Part shown: piece after piece, positions 30,224 through 41,843 of the stretch | Layout of the letters: each line of letters starts with the position of its first letter | How positions within the stretch are numbered: position 1 is the first letter of the stretch | DNA from: Amphiscolops sp. MND2022 | Taxonomy: Eukaryota | NCBI GenBank assembly: GCA_964187785.1 | Contig: OZ076409.1 | Coordinates: 73,720,001-73,784,000, forward strand | Direction of reading: 5' to 3' | Length of the DNA stretch: 64,000 nt | The notes under the pieces: model-generated | Seen by the model: only the letters and a program-made list of their open reading frames with translations | Told to the model about the DNA's origin: nothing | Databases searched by the model: none | Translations under genes and position numbers: made by a program

Positions 30224-32407
30224 GTGGAGGTTATTTTATAATAATTAAAGTGTTTTTTTCCGGAGTTTGTGGCTTTGGAAAAAACAAAAGGCGAGAAATT
30301 GGGCACTCCGGGCTGAACCGTATACACTCAATATTCGCCCAATATTTATACGATCTCGAAACCCAGCCGTACGATTTGGCTGAAAATTTGCATGCGGCTA
30401 AAAAATCAGATTCTAAGAACTATTTCCTGCTGACATTTTTTTGAAATTTTTGTGTACGTTTCCCCCCCGCCCCCTAAAGGTGTCAATTTTCCCCAATTTT
30501 GCACTTATGAGTCAAATTCTCAAAACTGGTGGATCTGAGCGTATTCCCGGCAGGGACAACTTTTAACGAGCGCTCCTCAGTAGACCTTTTTGATTTTTTA
30601 CTTTGGTGGTACGTTCACCCCCCGAGGAGGAAATGGCGTTTTTGTGACTTCCGGTCGAGGCTTTTTTCACCCAAAAAATAGAATTAAGCCAATTTTGAGC
30701 AGGAAGGAGTGGATTTAAAGTGCCTGTACCCTGCTAAAAATTTGTTGGGCTTGTAGCGATATATCTCATACCAAGTCTGGTTTTCACCCCCAAACCCCCC
30801 TTGGGACCAAAATTCACCCAAACTTTTTTACCTCTGTTTGTAGTTTTTTTGCAAAATGTCGTCATTTCCATGGGTAAGGAGTTGAATTAGGGGCTCCTAA
30901 TAGGGTACCAATGTTCAAGTACACTTGCAGTGCAACTGAGTGACCCTTTTGGGGCCTCTCCTGTGTTCGGCAAGGACCGGAAGTGGTGTAAACCCCCCTT
31001 TTTTGACGTTTGTTGACCTTGAGACTCGCGCTTAGATGACGTTTATGTCGCGCAAATCCTACAAACCAGTATTAGGATGACATGCTAGCCAACTAGAGAG
31101 CACTAAGGGAAACTATACTATACCGGAAGTAACCCCCCGTGACCGGAAGTTGTCATTTTTGACCGGAAATGGTCCAAAACATAGCGTAAAAGCAGTTTTC
31201 ATTGCTTTTAAAGTCAACTTATTACTTTTTTCAGTCTGCGCGAGCTTGTCTTCAGATTCGTTTTTGTTGTCCGTGCACACTACAACAAATTTACATCTGT
31301 AGAATTTTTGCTATAATATCGTCGGAGAGAGAAATAACGGGTTTCCGGAATTTTTTTCAAACATGTTTGTCTATATCTATCATTTTTACCCAACGTTATT
31401 CAACAGTAGAACCACAGGGGTTAGTATCTGCCAAAATATATGCCTAACAAAACCACTCGTCCCATTGGTTGCAGTTTGAGCGTTCTAGCTTTGCCTGGTC
31501 ACAAGTTGAGGGACTTCAAAAAGTTTCAAATTTTTTTGGAAATTTTTTTTAAACGTCACGTCTCCCAAAGTTAAGAATTTTCCACACAACTAAGATTGCA
31601 AGAGAATGCACATGGTAAGACCTATAAATGGAGAGAAAAATTCCGTTCAGAACGTCTCTTTATCGTTACGTGACGTTAAAAGATGTTGCTTTGAATGTGA
31701 ATTTGATAATGCGTCGAGAAGTAAAAGAGTGTGAATGGATCCTATGTCTCGACAAATACTCATCGCAATACATACGATGAACCCTAATTACCCTCACTTT
31801 CAGTTGGCTAGTACATCAGCGTCTTCCAAGGACCGTTTACCTATTTGAAAATTGTCAAAATCATTATTAATATCAGTTAGCAAGAAATATTTGAGTACAT
31901 TGTCATCTCTCCCCATCGGGTGAGATGAGAATGTTCTTGCTAAAAGTCAAGTACTACGGCCCATTTTTGTTTTATTGCGACGTTTTCTGTGCCTTAGCAC
32001 AAGGATACTTTTATGTCATCTCACTTTTGTTATACAATCTGACTTGTTGTTATAAATTTCTCGTCATTACTTTACCTAAACTTACTACCATGCATCTTTA
32101 ACGTCAAAGCCAAATTCATTTAGACGCCCACCATTCCGTAGGTATGCCGAGGTATGCCTTTCGAAGACGTATGGCAAAACACAAACGGGCAAATGAAAAG
32201 GGCTGAAATTCAGAAACAGTCACAAACAATTTTGACTATTTGACCGATGGTAGGTTTTTATATGGAACTTACACATCACTGACATTTCAAAACATTCCAG
32301 CTGACGCCCACCCACAAACATCAACGCCCACGGTCCGTGGGCATGCCGAGGCATGCCCTTCGACGACGTATGGCAAATACCTTTTACGACGTCCCAACTT
32401 TCCCTAG
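30224..32407 (+). mobile_element. Non-autonomous unit, 2184 bp
   Basis: Junction-bounded; near-identical to 47983-50159; two copies of the tail palindrome (~32138, ~32339). Confidence 0.85.
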
Positions 32408-34583
32408 GTGGATGGTATTTTATAACAATTAAAGTGTTTTTTTCCGGAGTTTGTGGCTTTGGAAAAAACAAAAGGCGAGAAATTGGGCACTCCAGGCTGA
32501 ACCTAAAAACACCCTAAAATTCGCCCGATTTTTTTACGATCTCGAAACCCAACCGTACGATTTGGCTGAAAATTTGCATGTGGCTCCTAATTAATGAGTA
32601 ATGAAAAAGTGTAGGAGTGACTTTTCCTGGGAAAATTGTTTTTGTTGCACTTTTTGCGCAATTTTTGACCGATTGTTGCGTTTTTTATGTCACTTTTGAC
32701 TTTTCAGGCAAAAAACTCATGGATGCTTTGATCCTAGCGCATCCAGTGTTTCGAACAAAAAGTTGAAGCATGTTCTTTTACGTATGTTGTTAAAATTTGG
32801 TTGCCATCGTATCACCTCCCACTGAGATAGAGGGGAACTTCCGGTGGATTTTAGCACCCTAAAAACGAGGACCTCCTAAAGTTCAGCATGAATCCGTAGT
32901 TTTAGCGTGCTCATACCCTGCTGAAGTTTTGTTGGGCACATTGAGATAGTCATGATATCATGTGTTCAGTTCACCCCCCATCACCCCCTGCACCGGAAAT
33001 GAACTTTTTTTGCACTATCATACCGGAAGTCTCCAATTTCACCGTTAAGCAGTTCTTGTACGAGCAACTACCAGAACATCAAAATTGAAGTACCACCTGA
33101 GGTCAACGTAGTGACTACGTGTTGTCCAGTCACAGGTTCCGCTATGACCGGAAATGGGGTCAAAACCCCCTTTTTTGGTTGTTTTTTAACAATTTGACTA
33201 CTGTTTAGTCCACATTCAAGTCGCGTAAGTCAATTGAACCAGTGTCAGATTAAACTGTATGCTCACTGCGTAGACGTAACTTACACTGACAGATACCGGA
33301 AGTAACCGCCTGTCACCGGAAGTGGTCAATTTTGACCGGAAATGGTCCAAAAAGTAGCGTAAAAGCAGTTTTTCACTGCTAATTAAGGTCAAATTTTTAC
33401 ATTTTCCAATCTGCGCGAGCTTGTCTTCAGGTTCGTTTTTGCCACCGGTGCACAGTGCATCAAATATACATCTGTTAAAATTTCTCTATAATGTCGTCGG
33501 AGAGAAATAACGGGTTATTGGGACTTCTTTCAAAAACATTAGTCTGTATCTGTCATTTTTACACAAAGTTATTCAACAGTACAACCACAGCGGTTAGTCT
33601 ATGCCCATATTTGTGCCTAACAAAACTATTTGGCCCATTGGTCTCAGTTTGAGCGCTGCAGCTTTGCCTTGTCATAAGTTAGGGCACCTAAAAATTTTTC
33701 AAACATCTTTCAAAAAAACTTCTCAACTTCAGGTCCCCCAAAGTAAAGAAATTTCCACACAACTAGGTTTCCAAATGGATGCATGTGGGAAGCCCTATAA
33801 TTAAAAAGAAAAATGCCGCTTAGAACGCCACTTTATCGTAAATAGACGTTAACGTATGGTGCTTTGAATGAGAGCTTGATAAGGGGTTGAGAAATCAAAG
33901 TGTGTAAATGGAACGTATGTCTCGTCGAAAACTCATGAGAATACATTCAGTGAAGACCAATTATCATCAATTGCAGTTGCCTAGTGCAAAAAGTCTTTCA
34001 AGGACAATTTATCCGTTTTCATAACTGTCCAAATTGCTTTTAAGTTCAGTAAGCAAGAAACAGTTGAGTACATTCTCATCTCTCCCCATAGGGTGAGATG
34101 AGAATGTTCTTGCTAAAAGCCAGGTACTACGGCCCACTTTTGTTTTGATGTGACGCATTTTGTGCTTTAGCACATAGATACTTTTATTTCGTCTGACTTT
34201 TCGTATACACTCTGAATTGTTATTAAAAATTTCTCGTCATTACTTTACATAAAATAACAATCATAAAACGTTATCGTCAATGCCACCTACATTTAGACGC
34301 CCACCATTCCGTAGGTATGTCGAGGCATACCTTTCGATTACGTATGTCAAAACGCAAACACAATAAAAAGTGATGACATTCTGAAACAGTGACAAACAGT
34401 TTTGACTACCTGGAATATGGTAGGTTTTTATATGGAAATTACACATCAGTGACATTTCACAACATTCCAGCTGACGCCCACATACCAACATCAACGCCCA
34501 CCGTCCGTGGGCATGCCGAGGCATGCCCTTCGACGACGTATGCCAATTTTGTTATATCTACACCCAATTGCGGTAGCGGCTAG
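32408..34583 (+). mobile_element. Non-autonomous unit, 2176 bp (diverged relative of 30224-32407)
   Basis: Same head type and colinear motifs; palindromes at ~34313 and ~34509. Confidence 0.85.
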
Positions 34584-35865
34584 GTGCCGGTGTTTTTCAC
34601 GACAAAGAAAGTTGCGCGCTTTGGGTAGGGTCCCGGCGCGCTTTTGGGGTTCATTTTAACAACCTGATCTCCCGTTGCACGTATGTCCGATTTTCCAAAC
34701 TATCCTACCAATTTTGCTGAAATTTTGCATGTGGGTCCCTATGGACATTCTAAGAACAAATCCCTACTGGCGTTTTGCCCGGAAAATTTTTTTTGTTGAC
34801 TTATTGACAATTTTAGGTGCCGAAAATGACGTTTTTTCAAAAAAAAATTTTTGAAGAGCCCATATCTCGCTCTCAGGTGCCCGGAGCGGGTCGCATGTGG
34901 ACGTTGATATTGCTAGGCACTTCGTAAGGAGTCTGTAGACAAATTTCGGTTCAGATTGGATGAAAATTGATTGAGTAATAGCCGCAAATTGGACGCATTT
35001 TGTCAAATTTTTTCGGAACCCCAGTCTATCTCTGCCGTTTTTTGCCCAGATTTTTTTCTAGACCCTCTCCTAAAGGCCTCCCCTGGCCGGATTACCTCCC
35101 AACAAAACCATTTGGCCCTAAATACGAAGTTTCAGCGTTCTAGCATTCTCGGGCGAAAAGTTGTGGGACTTAGAAAAATTTTTTTGAAAACGCAAAATGT
35201 GTAAAGTCAACTTCAGGCCTCCCAAAGTCAAGGAACTTCCACACAACTAGTATTGCAAGTGAATGCATGTGGAAAGTACTCGGATAGACGAGAAAAATGA
35301 GCTATTATAAATCTCTGTAGCTTAACCTGACGTTGACTTATGACAATTTTAGTGTGAGCTTGCTATGTGAGAAAAAAATTCAAAATTGGAAATCGAAGCT
35401 AAGTCTCATCCAAAACTCATCGGAACACGTTCAATCCATCCCAGAGCGGTTTAATTCCAGCTATATAATGCAGCAACACTATTCAAGACCATTTGATCCA
35501 CTTACATTAGTTTTGACACCGTATTATTCATCCGAGAGCACAAAACAGTTGAGTACATTCCATCTCCCTTTCGGGGGAGATGAGAATGTACTCGCTAAAG
35601 TCCAGGTAATACAGCCCATATTTGTTTTTATGCGACGCTTTTATGGTTTGTATGCTAGTGCGTACACGTATTAATCTTTTAACATATTTTTTGTCGTCTG
35701 CAGTTTGCTTTTGACTTGACATAAACTGAACGTTTTGTCCTTAAAACATACACATTACTAACGTCAACGCCCCATCCTTGCATCAACGCCCACCGTCCGT
35801 GGGCATGCCGAGGCATGCCCTTCGACGACGTATACCAAGATATACATAAGCGCGGTAGCCGCTAG
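34584..35865 (+). mobile_element. Non-autonomous unit, 1282 bp
   Basis: Junction-bounded; head hairpin, shared core, hairpin 35551-35593, tail palindrome 35801-35820. Confidence 0.85.
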
Positions 35866-37152
35866 GTGCCGGGATTTCTATTCGATAAAGTATGTGGCGC
35901 GTGTGGGTAGGGTCCCTGGCGCGCTCTTGGGTATGGTGTTCACCAGCTAGGAAATAGGGGTCGATTTTTCGGGATCTCCTAAACTAGCCACACGATTTGG
36001 CTGAAATTTGGCACACGTACTCCCCTCGGCATGGTGAAGATGATTCCCTACTAGCGTTTTGCTCGCAAAATTTTTTTTGTTGTCCAAAATAACGGTTTTT
36101 GGTGGAAAATTTTGAACTTTTTTTAAATTTCATCTTATATCTCGCCACGGGTTTACGCTAGCGCTTCAAAACCCTGCTAAAGAAAGCTTGCAAACTGTCT
36201 CAGGAATGCGGTGTGAAATTTTCAGCTCAATCGGACTCAAACTCAGGGAGATATAGCGTTTTTCCGGAGCGGGGGGGTTTCATTTTTCTAACGGTCCAGC
36301 TTATCTTAGCCATTTTTTCGAAAATGTACTCGCCTAAAGACCTCCCCTGGCCGGTTTTATTCCCAGCAAAACCATTTGGCCCTAAATACGGAGTTTCAGC
36401 GTTCCAGCATTCCCGGGCGAAAAGTTGTGGGACTTAGAAAATTTCAAAAATTTTCAAAATTTTTTTTTTCGGTTTTCCGCCCTCCCCCCCGAGGGGAAAA
36501 GACCCCCCAACCAGTAATTTGAGTGAATTTATGTGTAAAGGCCATGTTTAGAGGAGAAAAATCCCGTTTAAATTGTCTTTTTATCTTTATTCAACGTTGA
36601 CTTATGACGTTTTGAAGGTGATGTTTGGAGGTGTGAAGCACGTGAAAAGTAAACGTTATGAGTATTTATCTGATCTGAAAGCCATTGAGATGCAACCTGT
36701 CTTGCTCAAAACGTAATTCATATCAGTTTGGTAGTCAATCAACACCCTTTGTTGTCATTTGACATCTTTTTTTGTTGATATAAGAAAAAATTTTGTGTAT
36801 TTATTAATTTTTTTCTCATCAAATAACTTGAAACAGTTGAGTACATTCCATCACCCCTTCACGGGGGAGATGAGAATGTACTCGCAAAAAGCCTCGAACT
36901 ACGGCCCTTACCTTCCTGAGCTACGCAGTATAAAGATTGCATATTGGTTCCGACATTTTGATAGAGTTATATCTTGGTAATCTGTCTGGGTATGCAGAAA
37001 AACCAGCACGTGCTTTTTTATACCAAGTTGCTCACAACGACATTTATTTTATATCAACGCCCTCATATTTATCAACGCCCCCCGTCCGTGGGCATGCCGA
37101 GGCATGCCCTTCGACGACGTATACCAAGATATGTTCGAGCGCGTTAGCCTAG
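35866..37152 (+). mobile_element. Non-autonomous unit, 1287 bp
   Basis: Junction-bounded; head like 38427, middle like 57964-59245, tail palindrome. Confidence 0.85.
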
Positions 37153-38426
37153 GTGCCGGTGTTTTCTTCACTTTTGAGGAAGTTGCGCGTGTGGGTAGGG
37201 CCCCTGGCGCGCTCCGTTGTCCCTGTGTTTACATCTTAGAAAATTTGAGTAAAAAAATGGGATCTCGAAAACTGGCCACACGATTTGGCTGAAATTTTGC
37301 ATACGGCTCCCTATGACAGTTGTAAGAACTAATCCCTAGTGGCGTTTTGCCCGGAAAATTTTTTTTGTTGACTTATTCACATTTTTAGGGTCAAAAAATG
37401 GCGTTTTTTTGAAAAATTTTTTTTTCAGAGACAATTACTCGAAACTGGTGCACCCAGCGCAGTAACGCCTAGCTGATTTATTGTTGGGCATTTCATGAGG
37501 AGTCCGTATACAAATTTTCGTCCAAATCGGATAAAAAATGATTGAGAAATAACTGAAAATTTGAGGAATTTTTTGGGAAATTTTCGAAAACCCAGTCTAT
37601 CTCTGCCGTTTTTTGCCCAGATTTTTTTTGAGACACTCTCCTAAAGACCTCCCCTGGCCGGTTTTCCTCCCAGCAAAACCATTTGGCCCTAAATACGAAG
37701 TTTCAGCGTTCTAGCATTCCCGGGCGAAAAGTTGTGGGACTTAGAAGAATTTTTTGGAAACGCAAAATTTGTAAAGTCAACTTCAGGCCTCCCAAAGTCA
37801 AGGAACTTCCACACAACTAGTATTGCAAGTGAATGCATGTGGAAAGTACTCGGATAGACGAGAAAAATGAGCTATAGAAAGACTCTGTAGCTCAACCTGA
37901 CGTTGACTTATGATGTTTTGAATGTGTGCTTGCTAAGGGGTCCGAAACTGAAAATTTTTAAAGAAAATTAATATCGTCAAAAATTCATCGGAATGCCTGC
38001 AATATACAGTAGAGCGTGTTCAATTGTAGCTGATTAATGCATCAACGCCGTTCAAGGTCTTTTAACTCAGTTTCAAAATTTTGTACACTGTATTATTCAT
38101 CCGAGAGCACAAAACAGTTGAGTACATTCCATCTCCCCTCCGTGGGAGATGAGAATGTACTCGCTAAAGTCCAGGTGCTACAGCCCATATTTGTTTTTTT
38201 GCGGCGCTATTTATGCTAGTGCGCACACGTATTAACTTTTTACCTGATTTTACTTTTGTCAGTACTTTTACTTTGACTTGACATATACTGAACATTATGT
38301 CCTTCTATCATACACATGACTAACGTCAACGCCCCATCCTTGCTTCAACGCCCACCGTCCGTGGGCATGCCGAGGCATGCCCTTCGACGACGTATGCCAA
38401 AGATATTCCCGAGCGCGTTAGCCTAG
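37153..38426 (+). mobile_element. Non-autonomous unit, 1274 bp
   Basis: Junction-bounded; head matches the head of element B; tail palindrome. Confidence 0.85.
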
Positions 38427-39706
38427 GTGCCGGGATTTCTATTCGATAAAGTAAGTTGCGCGGTTGGGTAGGGCCCCGTGAGCGCGCCCGTGTCTGTGTT
38501 TTTTGAACCTGAATTTGCGGGTGCCAAAATAGACGATCTCCTAAACTATCCATACGATTTTGCTCAAATTTGGCATACGGGTTCCTGAGACAGATATAAG
38601 AACTAATTCCTACTGGCGTTTTGCCCGGAAAATTTTTTTTGTTGCGCAAACTTGAAATTTTTGACAAAAAAATGCGATTTTTTTTGAAAAAATTTTTTCG
38701 AGAGGCCATATCTTTTTTCAGGGTGCCCGGAGCGGGACGCGTTAAACTGATTATAAACTCTACGGTTCATGGGCTGTACGGGGAACCTATTTTTGTTGGA
38801 ATCCGACTTGTAGATTTTGAGATATATTATCAAATTTGGGTGTTTTTTTTCCAATTTTTCGAAAAACCTGGTTTATCTCTGCCGTTTTTTGCCCAGATTT
38901 TTTTCTAGACCCTCTCCTAAAGGCCTCCCCTGGCCGGATTACGTCCCAGCAAAACCATTTGGCCCTAAATACGAAGTTTCAGCGTTCTAGCATTCTCGGG
39001 CGAAAAGTTGTGGGACTTAGAAAAATTTTTTTTAAAACGCAAAATGTGTAAAGTCAACTTCAGGCCTCCCAAAGTCAAGGAACTTCCACACAACTAGGAT
39101 TGCAAGTGGATGCATGTGGAAAGTGCTTGAATAGACGAGGAAAATGAGCTATTATAAAACTCTGTAGCTTAACCTGACGTTGACTTATGACAATTTTAGT
39201 GTGAGCTTGCTATGTGAGAAAAAATTTCAAAAATTGAAAATCGAAGCTAAGTCTCATCCAAAACTCATCGGAATACGTTCAATCCATTCCAAAGCGGTTT
39301 ACTTCCAGCTATAGACTGCAGCAACACTATTCAAGACCATTGTACCCCTTTATATTAGTTTTGACATTGTATTATTCATCCGAGAGCACAAAGCAGTTGA
39401 GTACATTCCATCTCCCTTTCGGGGGAGATGAGAATGTACTCGCTAAAGAACAGGTACTACAGCCAATTTTTGTATTTATGCGAAGCCATTCTTTGCTATT
39501 GCACATAACAACTATGCTATTGACTTAATTTTGCCTACACTTTGCTATGACATATGCTAAACGTTTGGTCCTTACAACAACATACACATGACTAACGTCA
39601 ACACCACATACTGTTACCAACGCCCACCGTCCGTGGGCATGCCGAGGCATGCCCTTCGACGACGTATGCCAAATACCTTCCAGCGACGCTCGCGCTCCCC
39701 GGCTAG
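38427..39706 (+). mobile_element. Non-autonomous unit, 1280 bp
   Basis: Junction-bounded; shared core; tail palindrome at ~39635. Confidence 0.85.
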
Positions 39707-40774
39707 GTGGTCAAGGGGGATGCCCATCAGAAAATATTGCGAGGCCGGGGAGGGTCCCGAGAGCCGAGCACATTCTATCAATTCCTACCTTCAGGATTGC
39801 GAAGTATTTTGACCGATCTCGAAATTCACCCGTAGGATTTGTCTGAAACTTTGCATGTGGCTTCATCTCAAAAATTTAAGAATTTTTTTCTGCTGACGTT
39901 TTTCCAGGAAAATTCATTTTGTAGGTTTTTTTTGCGTTTTTTTGGTTTTTTCATCTTTTTTCATCTTTGATTAATCAATGACCGAATCAAAGGCCATTTT
40001 CACTATGAAGGAAAGCCCGTAGCGGCAAAGTGCACTCTTATGAAAATCATCAACGGTCAACGGTCTTTCGAACGGTCCGAAAAAATTTCCCCCCGGGGGA
40101 AAGCAAAGTGCCGAAAAGTGCCAAAATTATTATTTTGACTGAATCACTTTGATCAAATTGATGATTTGAGCAGTCGGAACGGTCCGCACGGTCTCGGACA
40201 ATAAGGTCAAAAATTGTCAGCATCCAATGGGGGTTCCAAAAATGTAATTCGTTCACCTGCAGGAGACATCAGAAAAAAGTTGATTTTTTGGAGTTTTGGC
40301 ATTATGACTGATCGGATGATAAATCATTGCATCACGTTGAGTTGCATTTGATGCAGCACACGAAGCAGCTGCAGCGAACTTGAAACTGCTTAGGGGGCTG
40401 GGGTTTACCCTCTGTATCGAGCAAAACAGCCCTAGGGCATAAGTTGTGCCAAAAAATGCCTCAAAGTGATGATTAGGTTATTGCAAATCGATCAGCAAAA
40501 TTTATTGTCACCGGTGTTCCGAGAGTTGCGGAGCATCTCGCAGGAACAACGGTGCTTGCTTAGAAAGCAAAAAACCACAAAATCCCTTGAGTTAAGTTGA
40601 CGGCAGTCACCATAGACATTCACTCGTCAGGGTGATGATATTTATCGTTCAATCCCAGAATAACTTACAAAAAATTGCTAGCCTCAATATTTCTTTTTCA
40701 TACTCCATTAGCAAAGGTTGCGCTGTTAAGTTTAGGCCTTTTACTAGCAGTGCTCTAAATCGCTCCATCGCTAG
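39707..40774 (+). mobile_element. Non-autonomous unit, 1068 bp (distinct family)
   Basis: Junction-bounded; near-identical to 40775-41843; its own hairpin at 40509-40554. Confidence 0.85.
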
Positions 40775-41843
40775 GTGGTCAAGGGGGATGCCCATCAGAA
40801 AATATTGCGAGGCCGGGGAGGGTCCCGAGAGCCGAGCACATTCTATCAATTCCTACCTTCAGGATTGCGAAGTATTTTAACCGATCTCGAAATTCACCCG
40901 TAGGATTTGTCTGAAACTTTGCATGTGGCTTTATCTCAAAAATTTAAGAATTTTTTTCTTCTGACGTTTTTCCAGGAAAATTCATTTTGTAGGGTTTTTT
41001 TGCGTTTTTTTGGTTTTTTTCATCTTTTTTCATCTTTGATTAATCAATGACCGAATCAAAGGCCATTTTCACCATGAAGGAAAGCCCGAAGCGGCAAAAT
41101 GCACTTTTATGAAAATCATCAACGGTCAACGGTCTTTCGAACGGTCCAAAAAAATTTCCCCCCGGGGGAACCAAAGTGCCGAAAAGTGCCAAAATTATTT
41201 TTTTGACTGAATCACTTTGATCAAATTGATGATTTGAGCAGCTGGAACGGTCCGCACGGTCTCGGACAATAAGGTCAAAAATTGTCAACATCCAATGGGG
41301 TTTCCAAAAATGTAATTCGTTCACCTGTAGGAGACATCAGAAAAAAGTTGATTTTTTGGGGTATATGTCATTATGAGTGATTGGATGAGAAATAATTGTA
41401 TCACTTTCAGTTGGATATGATGCAGCACAGGAAGCAGCTGCAGCAAACTTGAAACTGAATATGGGGCTGGGGTTTACCCTCTGTATCGAGCAAAACAGCC
41501 CTAGGGCATAAGTTGTGCCTAAAAATGCCTCAAAGTGATGATTATGTTATTACAAATCGATCAGCAAAATTTATTGTCACCGGTGTTCCGAGAGTTGCGC
41601 AGCATCTCGCAGGAACAACGGTGCTTACTTAGAAAGCAAAAAACCACAAAATCCCTTGAGTTAAGTTGACGGCAGTCATCATAGACATTCACTCGTCAGG
41701 GTGATGATATTTATCGTTCAATCCCAGAATAACTTACAAAAAATTGCTAGCCTCAATATTTCTTTTTTATACTCCATTAGCAAAGGTTGCGCTGTTAAGT
41801 TTAGGCCTTTTACTAGCAGTGCTCTAAATCGCTCCATCGCTAG
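40775..41843 (+). mobile_element. Non-autonomous unit, 1069 bp (tandem copy of the previous unit)
   Basis: Direct repeat of 39707-40774 with scattered substitutions. Confidence 0.85.
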
